NCBI RefSeq assembly: GCF_009914755.1
Contig: NC_060939.1
Source: the human T2T-CHM13v2.0 reference genome, Homo sapiens
Strand: one strand, 5' to 3'
DNA: 64,000 nucleotides
The first letter of the stretch is position 1. Each line of letters begins with the position of its first letter. Position numbers and translations under genes: made by a program. Positions 37,592 to 49,630 of this stretch are shown one piece after another. Under the pieces are notes generated by a model. That model saw only the letters and a program-made list of their open reading frames with translations, had not been told where the DNA came from and did not search any database.

Positions 37592-37668
37592 TGGGTGGAC
37601 GCATGGGTAGACGCGTGGGTGGACGCGTGGGTGGACGCGTGGGTGGACGCGTGGGTGGATGCATGGAT
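37592..37668. repeat. 12-bp minisatellite (TGGGTGGACGCG) x6
   Basis: Direct reading; follows an L2-like 3' end (TAGGTGCTCAGTAAA). Confidence 0.95.
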
Positions 37669-38254
37669 GTCCATGTGAAGAGGCTCTCTTATGCAGAAAA
37701 GCTACTGAAAATGGATCGGATTAGATAAAAGTGGGAAGAAGGCTCTATCAGATGCTTCGCCTCTCTTACTGCCTGGGCATTACTCTTCGGGCTCTCACTT
37801 TCTTGCAAGTGGCAAGAAATAAAGCTGATGAGTATGTGAGGGGATGGGCAACCCGACTAGAGTGCTTCCGGTCACAGGCAGTAACATGCATGCAGTGTGA
37901 GCAGAGGTGGTCCAGTTCAGGCTGAGACACGGTGCAGCAATCCAGGGGGACCCGGGAATGCTGCAGGACCACGCCTCAGCGTCACTTGCAGGGTCCCAGA
38001 TCCCTCCGATGGAATGGGAGTCAACACATCCCTGATCTAGCTGGTGACACCAGCCGTCCTTTACCTCCTGAGGCTCCACTTTATTCCTCTGATGAGGGAC
38101 TATACTGATGCAAGATGGTTTCCAGGACCTCTTTGCCCCTTCGCTGACCCTTAGGTCTCATGGGTTATAATGGCAAAGGTGCTGGGACCCCGGGTTCTCT
38201 CCAGAGCTGTAAGCCATCTCCAAAGGAAAGCTGCAAGGAACATCTGTCCATCTA

Positions 38255-38452
<198 letters not shown>

Positions 38453-38639
38453 CTATCTATATATATACATACATATAGTTTGAAGTCTTTGGAGACCCTT
38501 GCTGTATGTGTGTATATACATGTGTGTATAGATATGGTCACATAACATATGTATATATCATATATGTACACATATATAATTTATACGTATACTTTTTTTT
38601 TAATAAGAAAATGTGTGAGTCACTGGGGTCTGAGTCCTT

Positions 38640-39420
38640 GTTCAAAAGATCAAAAGCGGACATGTGGTCTGCATGCCCATGCTCACTGCAGCACTATTCG
38701 AAAGTTACGGAATCAACCTAATCATCCAACAACGGTTGAATGGATAAAGTATGGTGTATACACACAGTGGTATACTATTCAGCTGTAAAAAAGAAAGAAG
38801 TTCTGTCATTTGTGACAAGATAGATGGAATTGGAGGACATTATGCTGAGTGAAATAAGCCAGGCACAGAAAGACAAATACCGCAGGTTCTCACTTGTATG
38901 TGGGATGGAAAACAATCAAACTTAAAGAGGCAGAGAGCAGAATGGTGCCAGAGGCTGTGGGAGAGCTGGTGAGGGGAGTGAGGAGATGACAGTCAAAGGG
39001 CACAGGGTCTCAGTTAGGCAGGAGCAATATATGTTTTGTTTTTGTTTTTAGGAAATGGGGTCTCGCTGTGTTGCGCGGGCTGGTCTCAATCTCCTGGGCT
39101 CAAAGGATCCTCCTGCGCTTGTCCTCCTGTAAGGCTGGGATTACAGGTGTGCACCATAAGTTTTCTTTTCTTTGAGATACATTGCACAGTGTGGTAAATA
39201 TGTAAGTAATAATGTATTGTACATTCCAAAATCACCAGGAGAGTAAATTTCAAATGTCCTTACCACAACAAGTGATGAGTATGTGAGGGGATGGATATGT
39301 TAATTACTTGATTTAATTTTCTACGTTGTATTCATCAGTCATCACATCACTTTGTACCCATAAATACATACAACTGTAATTTATCAATTTAGAATTTTAA
39401 AAGTAAAATTTAAATGTAAA
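38640..39420 (+). mobile_element. L1MA-like 3' fragment with FLAM-type Alu (~39033-39154, -)
   Basis: GGAATTGGAGGACATTATGCTGAGTGAAATAAGCCAGGCACAGAAAGAC and L1MA 3' end. Confidence 0.85.
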
Positions 39421-40277
39421 AAAGTGGACATCTCACATAGGAAGCTCTCAGGGGTGGCCCAGCCTCAGGATCTGGGCAGGCCTGGCCCTGAGCTCTGTGA
39501 CATGTGATCTGCCTGCCATGTGGCTTTGGTGGGGACAGGAGGGGGAAGCAGGGGAGGAGGGGTCCTGCTTGGGTGTGGTCTGGTGCCTGAGAACTGGGCA
39601 GACCCATGGTGGGCCCCTGTGTGACTGCCTTCCTGGCCAGCCCCCAGGTGTTTGGGTGGCCAACGGACTACTCCTAGCCAGGGAGCACAGGTGACTTGTG
39701 ACACTTCCCAGCAAGAGCTTCTGAATGCTGGTGTGAGAACGTCCACAGGGCTCCTTCCCTCTGAAATGGAAGCTGACAGTCTAAGATGGTGGCTTCCTGT
39801 CAACCCAGTCCTGGATAGATGACCACGATCAGTCTCCTGCCAACCACGACGGATGCTTACTGTGGGCAAGAAAGAAGCTTCTGTTGCTATCAGCCACAAA
39901 GACTTGGGGCTTGTGACCATTGCACCACCTAACCTATCCTGGCAGGGTCGAGGCCCAAATATTCCCAAAAATCCCAGAAAAACCACCTTATTTTTCTTCT
40001 TCCCATGTGCTGGCCCTCAGGTTCTTGGTGGCTGATCTGGGTTTCCTGGCCAAGCTTTTCAGCAACACTGCTGATGACCTGACGTGTTCCAGCACCTCCC
40101 CTGCTCCTCCCGCAGCCCCCCAGCCACTCACTCTGGGGGATCGCTGCAGATGCAATGTTTCTTGATAGGAGGGATGGTATGACTCCAAGCCAGGCTGAGG
40201 AATTGCAGTGAATGGGGGCCTCCAGGAAAGGCCTCCCCTGGAAGTGAGCCCCAGTTGGCATAAAAAGCTGTTTTCAC

Positions 40278-40580
<303 letters not shown>

Positions 40581-42606
40581 AAATTTTAAAAGATAAAAAG
40601 TTGTTTTCACACTTGCCTTATGTTCTGCTGAGAGCTGATGTTCTCCTCTGGATGTGAAGCAGCCAGGGAGAAATCTCTCTCCCGGGAACGCAGTGTTAAG
40701 CAGGGAGCTGAGAGGTGCACGCATAACCTTGGCAGGCTCGGCTCTGCCTCCTGGGCGTCTGCAGCCCACGTGCATGCCTGGCACACCCAGCGTGGACGCA
40801 CCCTAAGTGGCCCTGGGGCAGAGCGGACCACAAAACGCACAGCCTTCAGCTCCGGCAGTGGCAGGTTCAATGGGGAGGTGGTTTTTAAAAACCTCCTGCT
40901 TATCGATTTCTGCGTGGTGAGGGAAACTTCAGCCGGCCTTTCCGTGGAGAGAAGCTGAAAACCGACCCTGCTTTGTCCGCATCTATTTCCTGCCGGCTCT
41001 CAGCAGCGTGACCAGCTACCTCTGCTGGTGGCGTGACCTTGGGTGTGTCACCTCACTGCCGGCTCTCAGTTGCTCCCTCATCCCTGTCATCACCAACATT
41101 TCCTGGAGCCCACCATGGGCCACACATGGACTCCACGTCTCACATGAAGTTGCTCTTTAAATGCCCACAGAACCACCCTGGGTAGGTACAACTCTCCTCC
41201 ATTCCCATTTTTCCAGACGAGGCGATTGGCACACAAAGAGGTTAGGAAATGTAACGGAGGTCACCCAGGGGTGGCGTCGGATGAGAGAGAGCTCAGCCCA
41301 GTGCCCACCTCTGGGGACTGACCACCCAGACGTGTATTGCCAAGACCCACTCCCCTTCTGATTGGAGTCACTTTTTCCTCCGTGCGCTGCCCGTGCCCAC
41401 TTGCCCTGGCGTCTATGAACACATCGTTCCCTTCTCTTCCCCATGGGGACAGCACAAGGATGCTGGTGGCTGGCTGTGCCCCCAGCCATGTGAAGACCTG
41501 ATAGGCCGGCCTCCCTGCGGGGTTCAGGACCTGGCCTGCCGTTGGGCCTGTCACAAGAGAAGCCATGGCTGGTGAGGAGGGTCACTGGCCCGCCTGAGCG
41601 AGGCACGGGGACCAGCCTGAGGCAGCAGCGGAAGGCAGGGCTGGCCTTTTCTCCAGTGGTCATCCCTGCACCCCACAGAGAACCTTGGTACCAACATGAC
41701 CCCGCGTGGCAGCCCCCGGAGGTGTGGTGAGCAACCACCAGGGCCAGAACCCCAGCTGGTGCGGGGAGACAGGCTGCCGCCCCTCCAGAGGCCTAGATCA
41801 AGCAAAGGTGACATACCAGGGAGGAGTCAGGCCCCTACGGGAGAGGTTGGGAGGGTCTCTGATCTAGAGAGCACAAGCAGGAGGAGCAGGCATGGGGCCT
41901 TGCCCAGCTCTCGGCAGTCCTTCTCTGTTGCCCATATGGGGTAATGTCGAGACCCAACCAAAGATTCCAGCAACATCAGTTTGACCTGGGGTAAGGGGTT
42001 CTTCATTCCAGACCCTCAGGGTCTCTTCCTTTGGAATGGAATGGGGATGTAGTGGGGAGGGTGCCCTGTCAGGGGGTGCTGCTGAGCACAGGGTAAAGAT
42101 GTGCAGGTGTCTGGCCTGCATCTTTCATCAGCCCCCACAGCAGGAAGGAGACCCACAGCGGGATCCTGATGGGGGACACGCCCACACCCGTCCTTCAAGG
42201 CTGGCCCTGATGGCGAGCTCACAGCTCCTCCCAAGTCCTGTCTGGGCCCTGTCATGTCCATCCAGGTCCTCCAGTGAGCAGACCCCAAGCCAGGAGGAGA
42301 GGGGCAAGAGATCCGTTGGGGGAAGCACCTGTGGCAGATGGGGAGACAGCCTCGAGCCAGGATGCAGGTCTGAACCTGGGACAGGGAGAGAGGGAAGGGG
42401 GATTGGGTAGGAGGACGTGCGTACCCAGGGAAGCCCTGAGAAAGCCGTGCTGCTAGGCTGATGAGAAGCCCCAGAGAGAGGCCTGCATACAGGGCAGTTG
42501 GTGGGTCAGGAATGGCCTGGTTCTAGGGACTAGTGCCTGCACCGTATCCAGTCACTGGCTGGAGTGGCTGGGGAAGGAGCGGCCTCTGTGTGAGCAGTGA
42601 CTCCCG

Positions 42607-42663
42607 TTGGGGCAGCAGTGGGCAGCTGAGCCTTTTTGGGGCAGCAGTGGGCAGCTGAGCCTT
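42607..42663. repeat. 29-bp tandem duplication
   Basis: TTGGGGCAGCAGTGGGCAGCTGAGCCTT twice, perfect. Confidence 0.95.
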
Positions 42664-45600
42664 GCTCCAGCATGTTCTTTGAGGAGATCCCATAATTCCC
42701 ATTGGTTTCTGGGGCCCCCTTTCCCCAGAGGCCCCCAGACCTCCTAGCCCCCCACGCCCTCTGCCTGTGGACCCCTCACCCGAGCGGACTGCCATCCCCT
42801 CTGGTCCTGTCTGGCAGGCAGCTCCTGCTGCCGGGCCTGGGACCCACCTGCCAGGTGCTCCTTCTGCCCTCCAGCTGCCCAGAGAGGGGCACCCAGAAGC
42901 ATGTGCAGCCTTGGTTCACAGGGAGTCCTGTGTGGGGCAGAAATGGCCCCCTATGGGTGAGCTGGGACAGGAAAAGGCCGTGGAGATGAGGAAGGGGCCC
43001 TGAAGACAGACCTGGCCTCGGCCACACTCATGCTTGGAGCTGGCTTGAGCCCTGTGGGGTGGGGTCAGATGGAGCCCAGATGCTGGCTGGAGGGTCCAGG
43101 TGAGCATGTGCCGGGCACAGGGGCAGCCTGGCCGGTTCTCAAGGGACCACGGGCAGCCGGACATAGCTGTCCCCGCCACAGCTGGGCCCAGCTTTTGAGA
43201 ACAGTGACAGGAAACAGAGGCCTGGATGGGCAGGGCCCTCACTGGACACAGGCCTACCTCCTGGGAAGGAGGCCTGCGTTTGAGAAATCCCCTCGGCCTG
43301 GGAGGGTGGAGAGACAACACCCTGCGTGGGTGTTCGGCCTTCGGCAGCACCACGCCCTCCCACCCCCAGAGCTATTTCTGCAGCTTCCTGGCTTGGTTCC
43401 TCTTGCCCCACCCCCACCTCTGTCCCAGGTGAGACCTGCTGGGAGCAGAGGCCCTGGAGCCACATTGGGGCAGGGCCTGGGGAAGGGGGACACCCCCTGT
43501 GGAACAGCACGGACAAGGGGCCATTGCCAAGTCACAGCCAGGTTTAACCCCTAGGATTCCAGTTAAAATGGAAAATTTGGACTCAATCTGCCTCTCCCCG
43601 CTGAGCAGAACCTGGGGGGGCTCCAGCCTGTGGGCTCTGGGGGTTTCTTGGTAACTTCTCCTACGGCAGGGATGCCACAGAGCTTCGAGGGCAGATGCCA
43701 CGTGTGGCTGCTCCTGTTGGCTGGAGGGGACAGGAACCTGTGACAGTGTCCTCTTTCTTCCCCAAGAGCAGAGCCGAGGACCAGGAGGTGCCACAACACC
43801 AAGGGGACAGGCCCCGCAGAACGCTGTGGGGAGGAAGACATGACGCGACAGCCTCAAAGCACCCGGCAGAGCTCTCGCCTCCTTCCCTGTGATTGCCAGT
43901 GTCCAGATGCGCAGTCGGTCAGCCCTGGGACTGCCCGAGTGTTGCCTGCACTCGGCAGCCGTGACCCAGAGCTCAGCTACGCAGCACAGGAAAAACAGGG
44001 CTGTCGTGGAGGAATTTGTGTTCTCATCACACATTCAGAAATTAATTTTTTTTAAGAACTTATACTTTTGGGCTCTTATAAACAATCCGTCTTCTAAAAG
44101 TCCGCCTGGGACAGGCTGGATAGCCTCATGGCCACCTATTTAAGTAAACTCCCCATCTCTATCATCACCCAGGCTCCTCTCTGCTCCTGCTTCCTTTTTT
44201 CTCCTAGCTTGCATTGTCAGTAACACAGTCCGGATTTGACTTATTTACCTTGTTGTCGTCTCTTCCTACCCTGACTCCCAGTAGAACAGAAGCTCGAGGA
44301 GGCGTGATGTTGCCTGTTGTTTACTCCGTATCCTCAGAACTTGAACTGTGCCTGACATGCCATAGGCACTCGATAAATGTTTCTGGAATGAACAAAAAGG
44401 ATGCTTTCTTCAGAACACGGTGACGCTTTCCCAGCAGGGCTGGAAGGGCAGACGCTGGCATCCCCGTCGCTCCTAGAAGCCCCCCTGACAGGGTCTGCCC
44501 TGGGCTAGAAGCCGGTGCACCTCCCTTTCGGGTCCTTACCACAACCTGGGACATCTTGAGACTGGACCCCTAGATTGGTGGCAGGACCTGCTCCGAGCTG
44601 CCCAGCGAGACCTGGGCAAGCCGCCCCCACCAGCCCGGGGCTCCCGACCTGCGCCCTCACGCCTCACCTGGGAGCTGATGAGACACGCAAAAGCTCCAGC
44701 CCCACCCCGGACCTGCAGGGACCAGGGGATGCATTTGAACCAGGGATCCAGGTCAAACAAGTGCACATTGCAGTTTCCCATGCAATGCCCTGCCCACAAA
44801 CGCCCCCTTCTCCCAAGCAAAGTGGAGGGCTTTGCTGAAGCCATCTCGATTCTTCCTCCCTGCAGCTACTAAAACACGCAGCGCTGGCAGCTGAGGGGCG
44901 CGGGCCTTAGCATTACCGCAGAAACTGTGAAGGGCAAACCTGGTAATTAGCCGGGGAGAGTGGGGAGGTGAGGCAGGCACAATGGGAAGGCGGGGAACGG
45001 CAGCTGTAATTGCAGGGTGTGCCAGCCCTGGGGACGCGCAGGGGGAGGGCATTAAGACGTGGAGGCAACCACCTATGTGTGAGCTCCCGTAGGGTGGGGG
45101 CCCACAGGGGCCGGCAAGGGAGGAGCGGGGTGACAGGATGCGAGGGAGATGTGAGTCCAGCCACCTCGAGCCTGAACGCAGCCTGCCCAGGTGTGCAGGC
45201 GGAGCCTCCCTCACTGTCCCCACCCTCGCTGGGTGACACCCAAGGGACGCTGCCCCAGGCTTCTTGGCCACTGGAGGGTGAGGCTTCCTGGAAGCTGTTT
45301 CCCTGTTTGCTGCATCTGAATTGGATCCAGAGAGTTCTAAGTCGTCAGAGTGAATTTCACACTGAGGCTCCCTGGCACCCTGGGGCTTCATGGCAGGGTG
45401 TGGAGGCAGCTTGCAGGGCAAAGAGGAGGCCAACCTGGTGGGCTTCCTGCCCCTGGCCTGACCCCTGCATCCCACACACCCTGACTTCAGCCAGGCAGCG
45501 CTGCTTCTGTTTTATATTGAAATTTCTGAATGAGATTTCATTTCAGGAATGAGGTCTCGTTACTTTAAAAAAGAGAGCAAGAAAGGAATTGATTCATCTG

Positions 45601-48600
45601 CTGTCTCATTTTATAGATGAGGAGGGAAGCAGCGTGCCCAGAGATACTTGGGTAAGAAGAGGCAAGTTCCGTTCTCCTTCTACTTCCTGGCTCCAGAGAA
45701 GGAAATGGCACATTTAGGGAGGACTCTGTCTCCTTGGGCAGATTCCCAGATTCCAGGGCATTTTTATTGTCCTAGAAAAATGATGCGGAAGCTGAGAATC
45801 AGGATACTTCGCTCCCTAGAAGACACACAGAGGTTTGAGAGGGAGCTGGGCTTGGCACCCAGGTTTGTGGGGAGCATTGGACCATTTGGAGTCCAGGGTG
45901 ACGTCACCCCACCCCTGCCAGCCCCTTCTGCTCTATCCTCAGCTCCGCTTTGTCCACTGCCAATCAGTCATTGCAGGGACAGGCGTCGTGCAGGGGGTGG
46001 AGCCCCCAGCAGCCCCAATGCTGCCCTCCTTGGCCCCAGAGTCCAGCAAGACTGGGCACAAAAGCATATTTGATTTCACCCATGGGAGGGCTTCAAAGGA
46101 AAGGGAAACCAGTTGGGGCCAGAAAGGGCTGAAGCCTCCTGAGAGCTGCCACTCCCTCCTGCCCCCTGCCCCTGGGACCCCTACACCATCTCAAGCCCGT
46201 GAGATCTGATCCTCCCCTCATGTTCCATGATGAGACCCACTGCATCCCAGGCGCCTCCCCCGAACCCTCAGCCACCAGGCATGCTGACTTCTTTCACTCC
46301 CCCTCCCCGGCCAGGGCAGGTGCCCCCCGACCCTCCACAGAGGACCCAGTTCTGCCTGCAGAGAGATTCTCCTGCGCAAGCCCCACATTCGCTCTCCTGC
46401 GCCCGTGGGGGGGCCTGACAGCCCCTCTGTGGGGTGTGGACCTGGGTAGGAGGAGCCCCTGATGCTAATCTGAGTGTGACCTCGAGGTGACGGAACTTTT
46501 CTGGTTCTCCCTTTCCTCACACGTAAAACCAGAAGACGGTGCTGGAAGAAAGGTGACCCCCAGCCTGACTTCTGTGACCCCTGCTGTCCAGGGGTCCATC
46601 AGCATTTCTCAGCGACCGGACATTGCTGCACTGGATGCTGGGGAGTGGGGTGGGGCGCTGTGCCTAGTGACCCATGGGCCAGGGCCACGTCCCACGGCCA
46701 CCTTTGTAGATGTTGCCAAGTCATATGCCAAGTGGGGACACGGCCCTGGGGTCGGCTCAGCATCCCTCCTCCCCTCTGTCCAGCACCCTTGCCTCTGGGG
46801 ACTGTCTTCTGCCCCCCATGTACTTCTGGGGGTCTGCCAGGCCCAGCTGCCCCCGGCCTCATGCAGCGTGGGCGCATATGAAGAGAGCCCTTCCCTCCCT
46901 GGCACTAGGCTGAGAGGGTTGGCTCTGGAAGTCAAATGGAGTGTCCCTTACTCCTGGGAAAGCTTGTCCAACACCGGAGAGTAAGGTCCACAGGCAAGCA
47001 GGGGTGGTGCTGAGAGACAGAGCAGAGCCCCTCCACGATGGCGCGTCCCTGGGCCTCTGTAGCCTGCACTGGCTCTTGGCAGGGGCACTCTGGCCCTCCT
47101 TGCTGTCCGTGACCCAGCTCTCCCTGCCCGACCTCTCCCTGTATCCCTCCTCTCTGTGTCTGCCCAGGATGACTGACTGCCTGGTAGGGAGAGCAGCAGC
47201 TGTTGGCTTTTCCCATGTTCCCTACCTGGAGCATTCAGCACCACACCAGGGATCAGGCTGCAGTGTAGCCTGGGCATCAGGCAGCCAGGGCAAGAACCGA
47301 GGCTGGGGGAGAGGAGTCTGTCTGGGGTGCAGAGCTGGTGAGGAAAGCGGCTCCAACCCTATCTGGGGAGGCTGCCTGCTCCAGCCTGGGAGGATTGGGG
47401 CCCAGCACACTGGGGGTCTCAGCCCTCCAGGGACCCAGGACCCAGGACCCAGGGAGGGAGATGAGGTCAGCGCTGAGCAAAGGCCCGTAACACGAGGCAG
47501 GAGGATGTCGGCACCCGAGAGACCTGACAGCCACTGGTGACTCAGGGGGATTGGCTGGGCTGCCTGCAGGTTCCCCTGGGCACTCTCGCCCCTGTGGACC
47601 CCCTTCTGATCCCTGGTTCCTGGGCTATGCTGTGCTCCTGCGGGCCCCTCGGCAGGGCTTCCCTATTCCCTCCAGCTTTCTGTTTCCATGCAGAAAGTTC
47701 CCGAAGCCTGGACCAGGAGGGCTCAGCGCCAGGCTGAAGGAAACAAGGCAAGGGCCACACCAGCCTGTCCGCCCTTCCCGGGTTTTAAAGTCTGGTGCCT
47801 GGAGAAACATCAACCTTTGACTTTAGCCACGTGCGATTGCTTTTCCGCCGGAATAATTAGCAGTATCCAACCCTGAAGCCTAGACACTTTTTCCTGAATC
47901 ATCCTGGGCCTCAGGACAGCTGGAAGGGCCGAGTGGCTCACACAGCCTTTCATGCCGCCCTCCTGCTGGTCCACATGGGGACTGGAGTCACACTGGCCAA
48001 GTGGGCTGGATGACAATATTTTATTTTAAGACCCAGATTTCCAGCCAGCTACCCCAGCTGTGTTATGACCCTCTCTGTTCACACAGATTGAAAGGGAGAT
48101 GGCAGGCAGCATCCTGTTTTGGGGGTGGGGAGAGGGCAGCGGCACCACCCTTTCCCTGGACTCCCCTATTCCCTGACACCAGCATGAAAGCAGACCCCTC
48201 ATTATCCCCCGGCCAGGGCAGCCCAAGACCCAGCGTCACCGGGCCCAGGCGGTGGGTCCTCCGGCCAGGACGGGGGTCGGGGGAGGCTCCTGTCTCCCAA
48301 TACCCCCACTGGCTTCCGAGAAGGTGCAAATAACGAGCGAAAGGAGGGAAGGGGGGAGGCACCCAAAATAAAGGCCTCTGAGGATGAAAGCCCGAACCCA
48401 GTCTTTCCACGGAAAAAAGGACTTCCATTTGTTCTTGGGTAGAGTTTAAAGAAGAACAGAGTATTGTCATCACGAAACGGTTTCATTTCAAGCCTTGACT
48501 TTGGGGGGTTTGTTCTGGTTTTGTACTTTCTCTCCTCCCTGTGGCTGCCGCACATGAAAGGCTGGGGTCAGGCCCCGCACGGGGGTGGGAAGCAGGGCTG

Positions 48601-48719
48601 TGCGTTTTGCTTTCATTTCCCCGAGAACAGCAGGAAGCTCATTCCACCTGGAGATGTCTGGCTGTCTCCTTCCGGCCAGTCCCAGACTTTGCTGAGAATA
48701 ATTCCTTCTTGAAAAAAAA

Positions 48720-49080
48720 ACATAACAATTCCCATTAAATGTTTCAAATTGCCCACACCAAACTCAAAGCTCAGAGTGAGGGCTTTGAAGGCTTTTCACG
48801 GAACAAAAATAAAACCTTCGCAGCCTTGGAGAGATGTGGCTGAAATAACCCCCGGGTATGTGAAATGAGCCTGAGGTATGTGAGTGGCCAAACAGCAGCC
48901 CTGGTACCCGAGGAGGGAAAGGTTTGATGAACAAACGGAAGAAATGAGGATCGTGGCTGGAAGAGGCGCTGCTCCCAGGGGTTTCACAGATTTTTGTGAT
49001 TTGATCCAACGTTGGGTGATTAGCTCCACTAATGAGGGAAACAGATAATCCCAAACAATGACTAATCCGTCCAGTGACCT
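48720..49080. promoter_or_regulatory. Candidate developmental enhancer
   Basis: Unique DNA with TAATCC x2, AACAAT and AGATAA clustered within 30 bp. Confidence 0.45.
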
Positions 49081-49194
49081 ATCCCCCTCCGGCCTTCCAT
49101 CAAGATGGCTGGGGAGAAGGGGACCAGCCCAGGCAGAAACCCTCGCCGAGGTCTTTGAGGTCGTTCTGAGCTCAGTCTAAACGCAGCCATACTC

Positions 49195-49630
49195 AGATTC
49201 AATTAACGCACTTAGTAAACATTTATTGAGCACCTACTATATGCCAGGCATTGTTCTAAGTGCTGGAGACACAGCAGTCGACAGAATGACAAAGATCCCT
49301 GGACATCTCGGCTGCGTGGTCCTACAAACCCAGAAGGAGCATGTGACGGTTCTCCGGGGCCACCTTCTCCAGCTGGACCAAGCACATAAATCATCTGGGG
49401 CCTTGTGAGGAGCAGCCTCTGATCAGGGTCTGAGGAGGGGCCTGGGGCTCTGCATTTCTGACAAACTCCCGGGCGGTGTCATGGCTGCTGGCCCAGCTGC
49501 CTGAGTTCCATCCCAGCTCCGTCACCCACTATGTCAGCGTGGGCAAGCTTTTTAAATGCATTCGCCTCCATTTTCTCATCTACAAAATAGAGCTTCAAAT
49601 AGAGCCCACCTCACAGAAATGTAGTAGGGA
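49195..49630. mobile_element. Cluster of L2, MER5A-like and MIR fragments
   Basis: AAACATTTATTGAGCACCTACTATATGCCAGGCA (L2); CTGCATTTCTGACAAACTCCC (MER5); CTCCATTTTCTCATCTACAAAAT (MIR). Confidence 0.7.

Noticed and set aside
47232-47255. REST/RE1-like TTCAGCACCAC
   Set aside because: Only the left half-site is present; the GGACAG half is missing.
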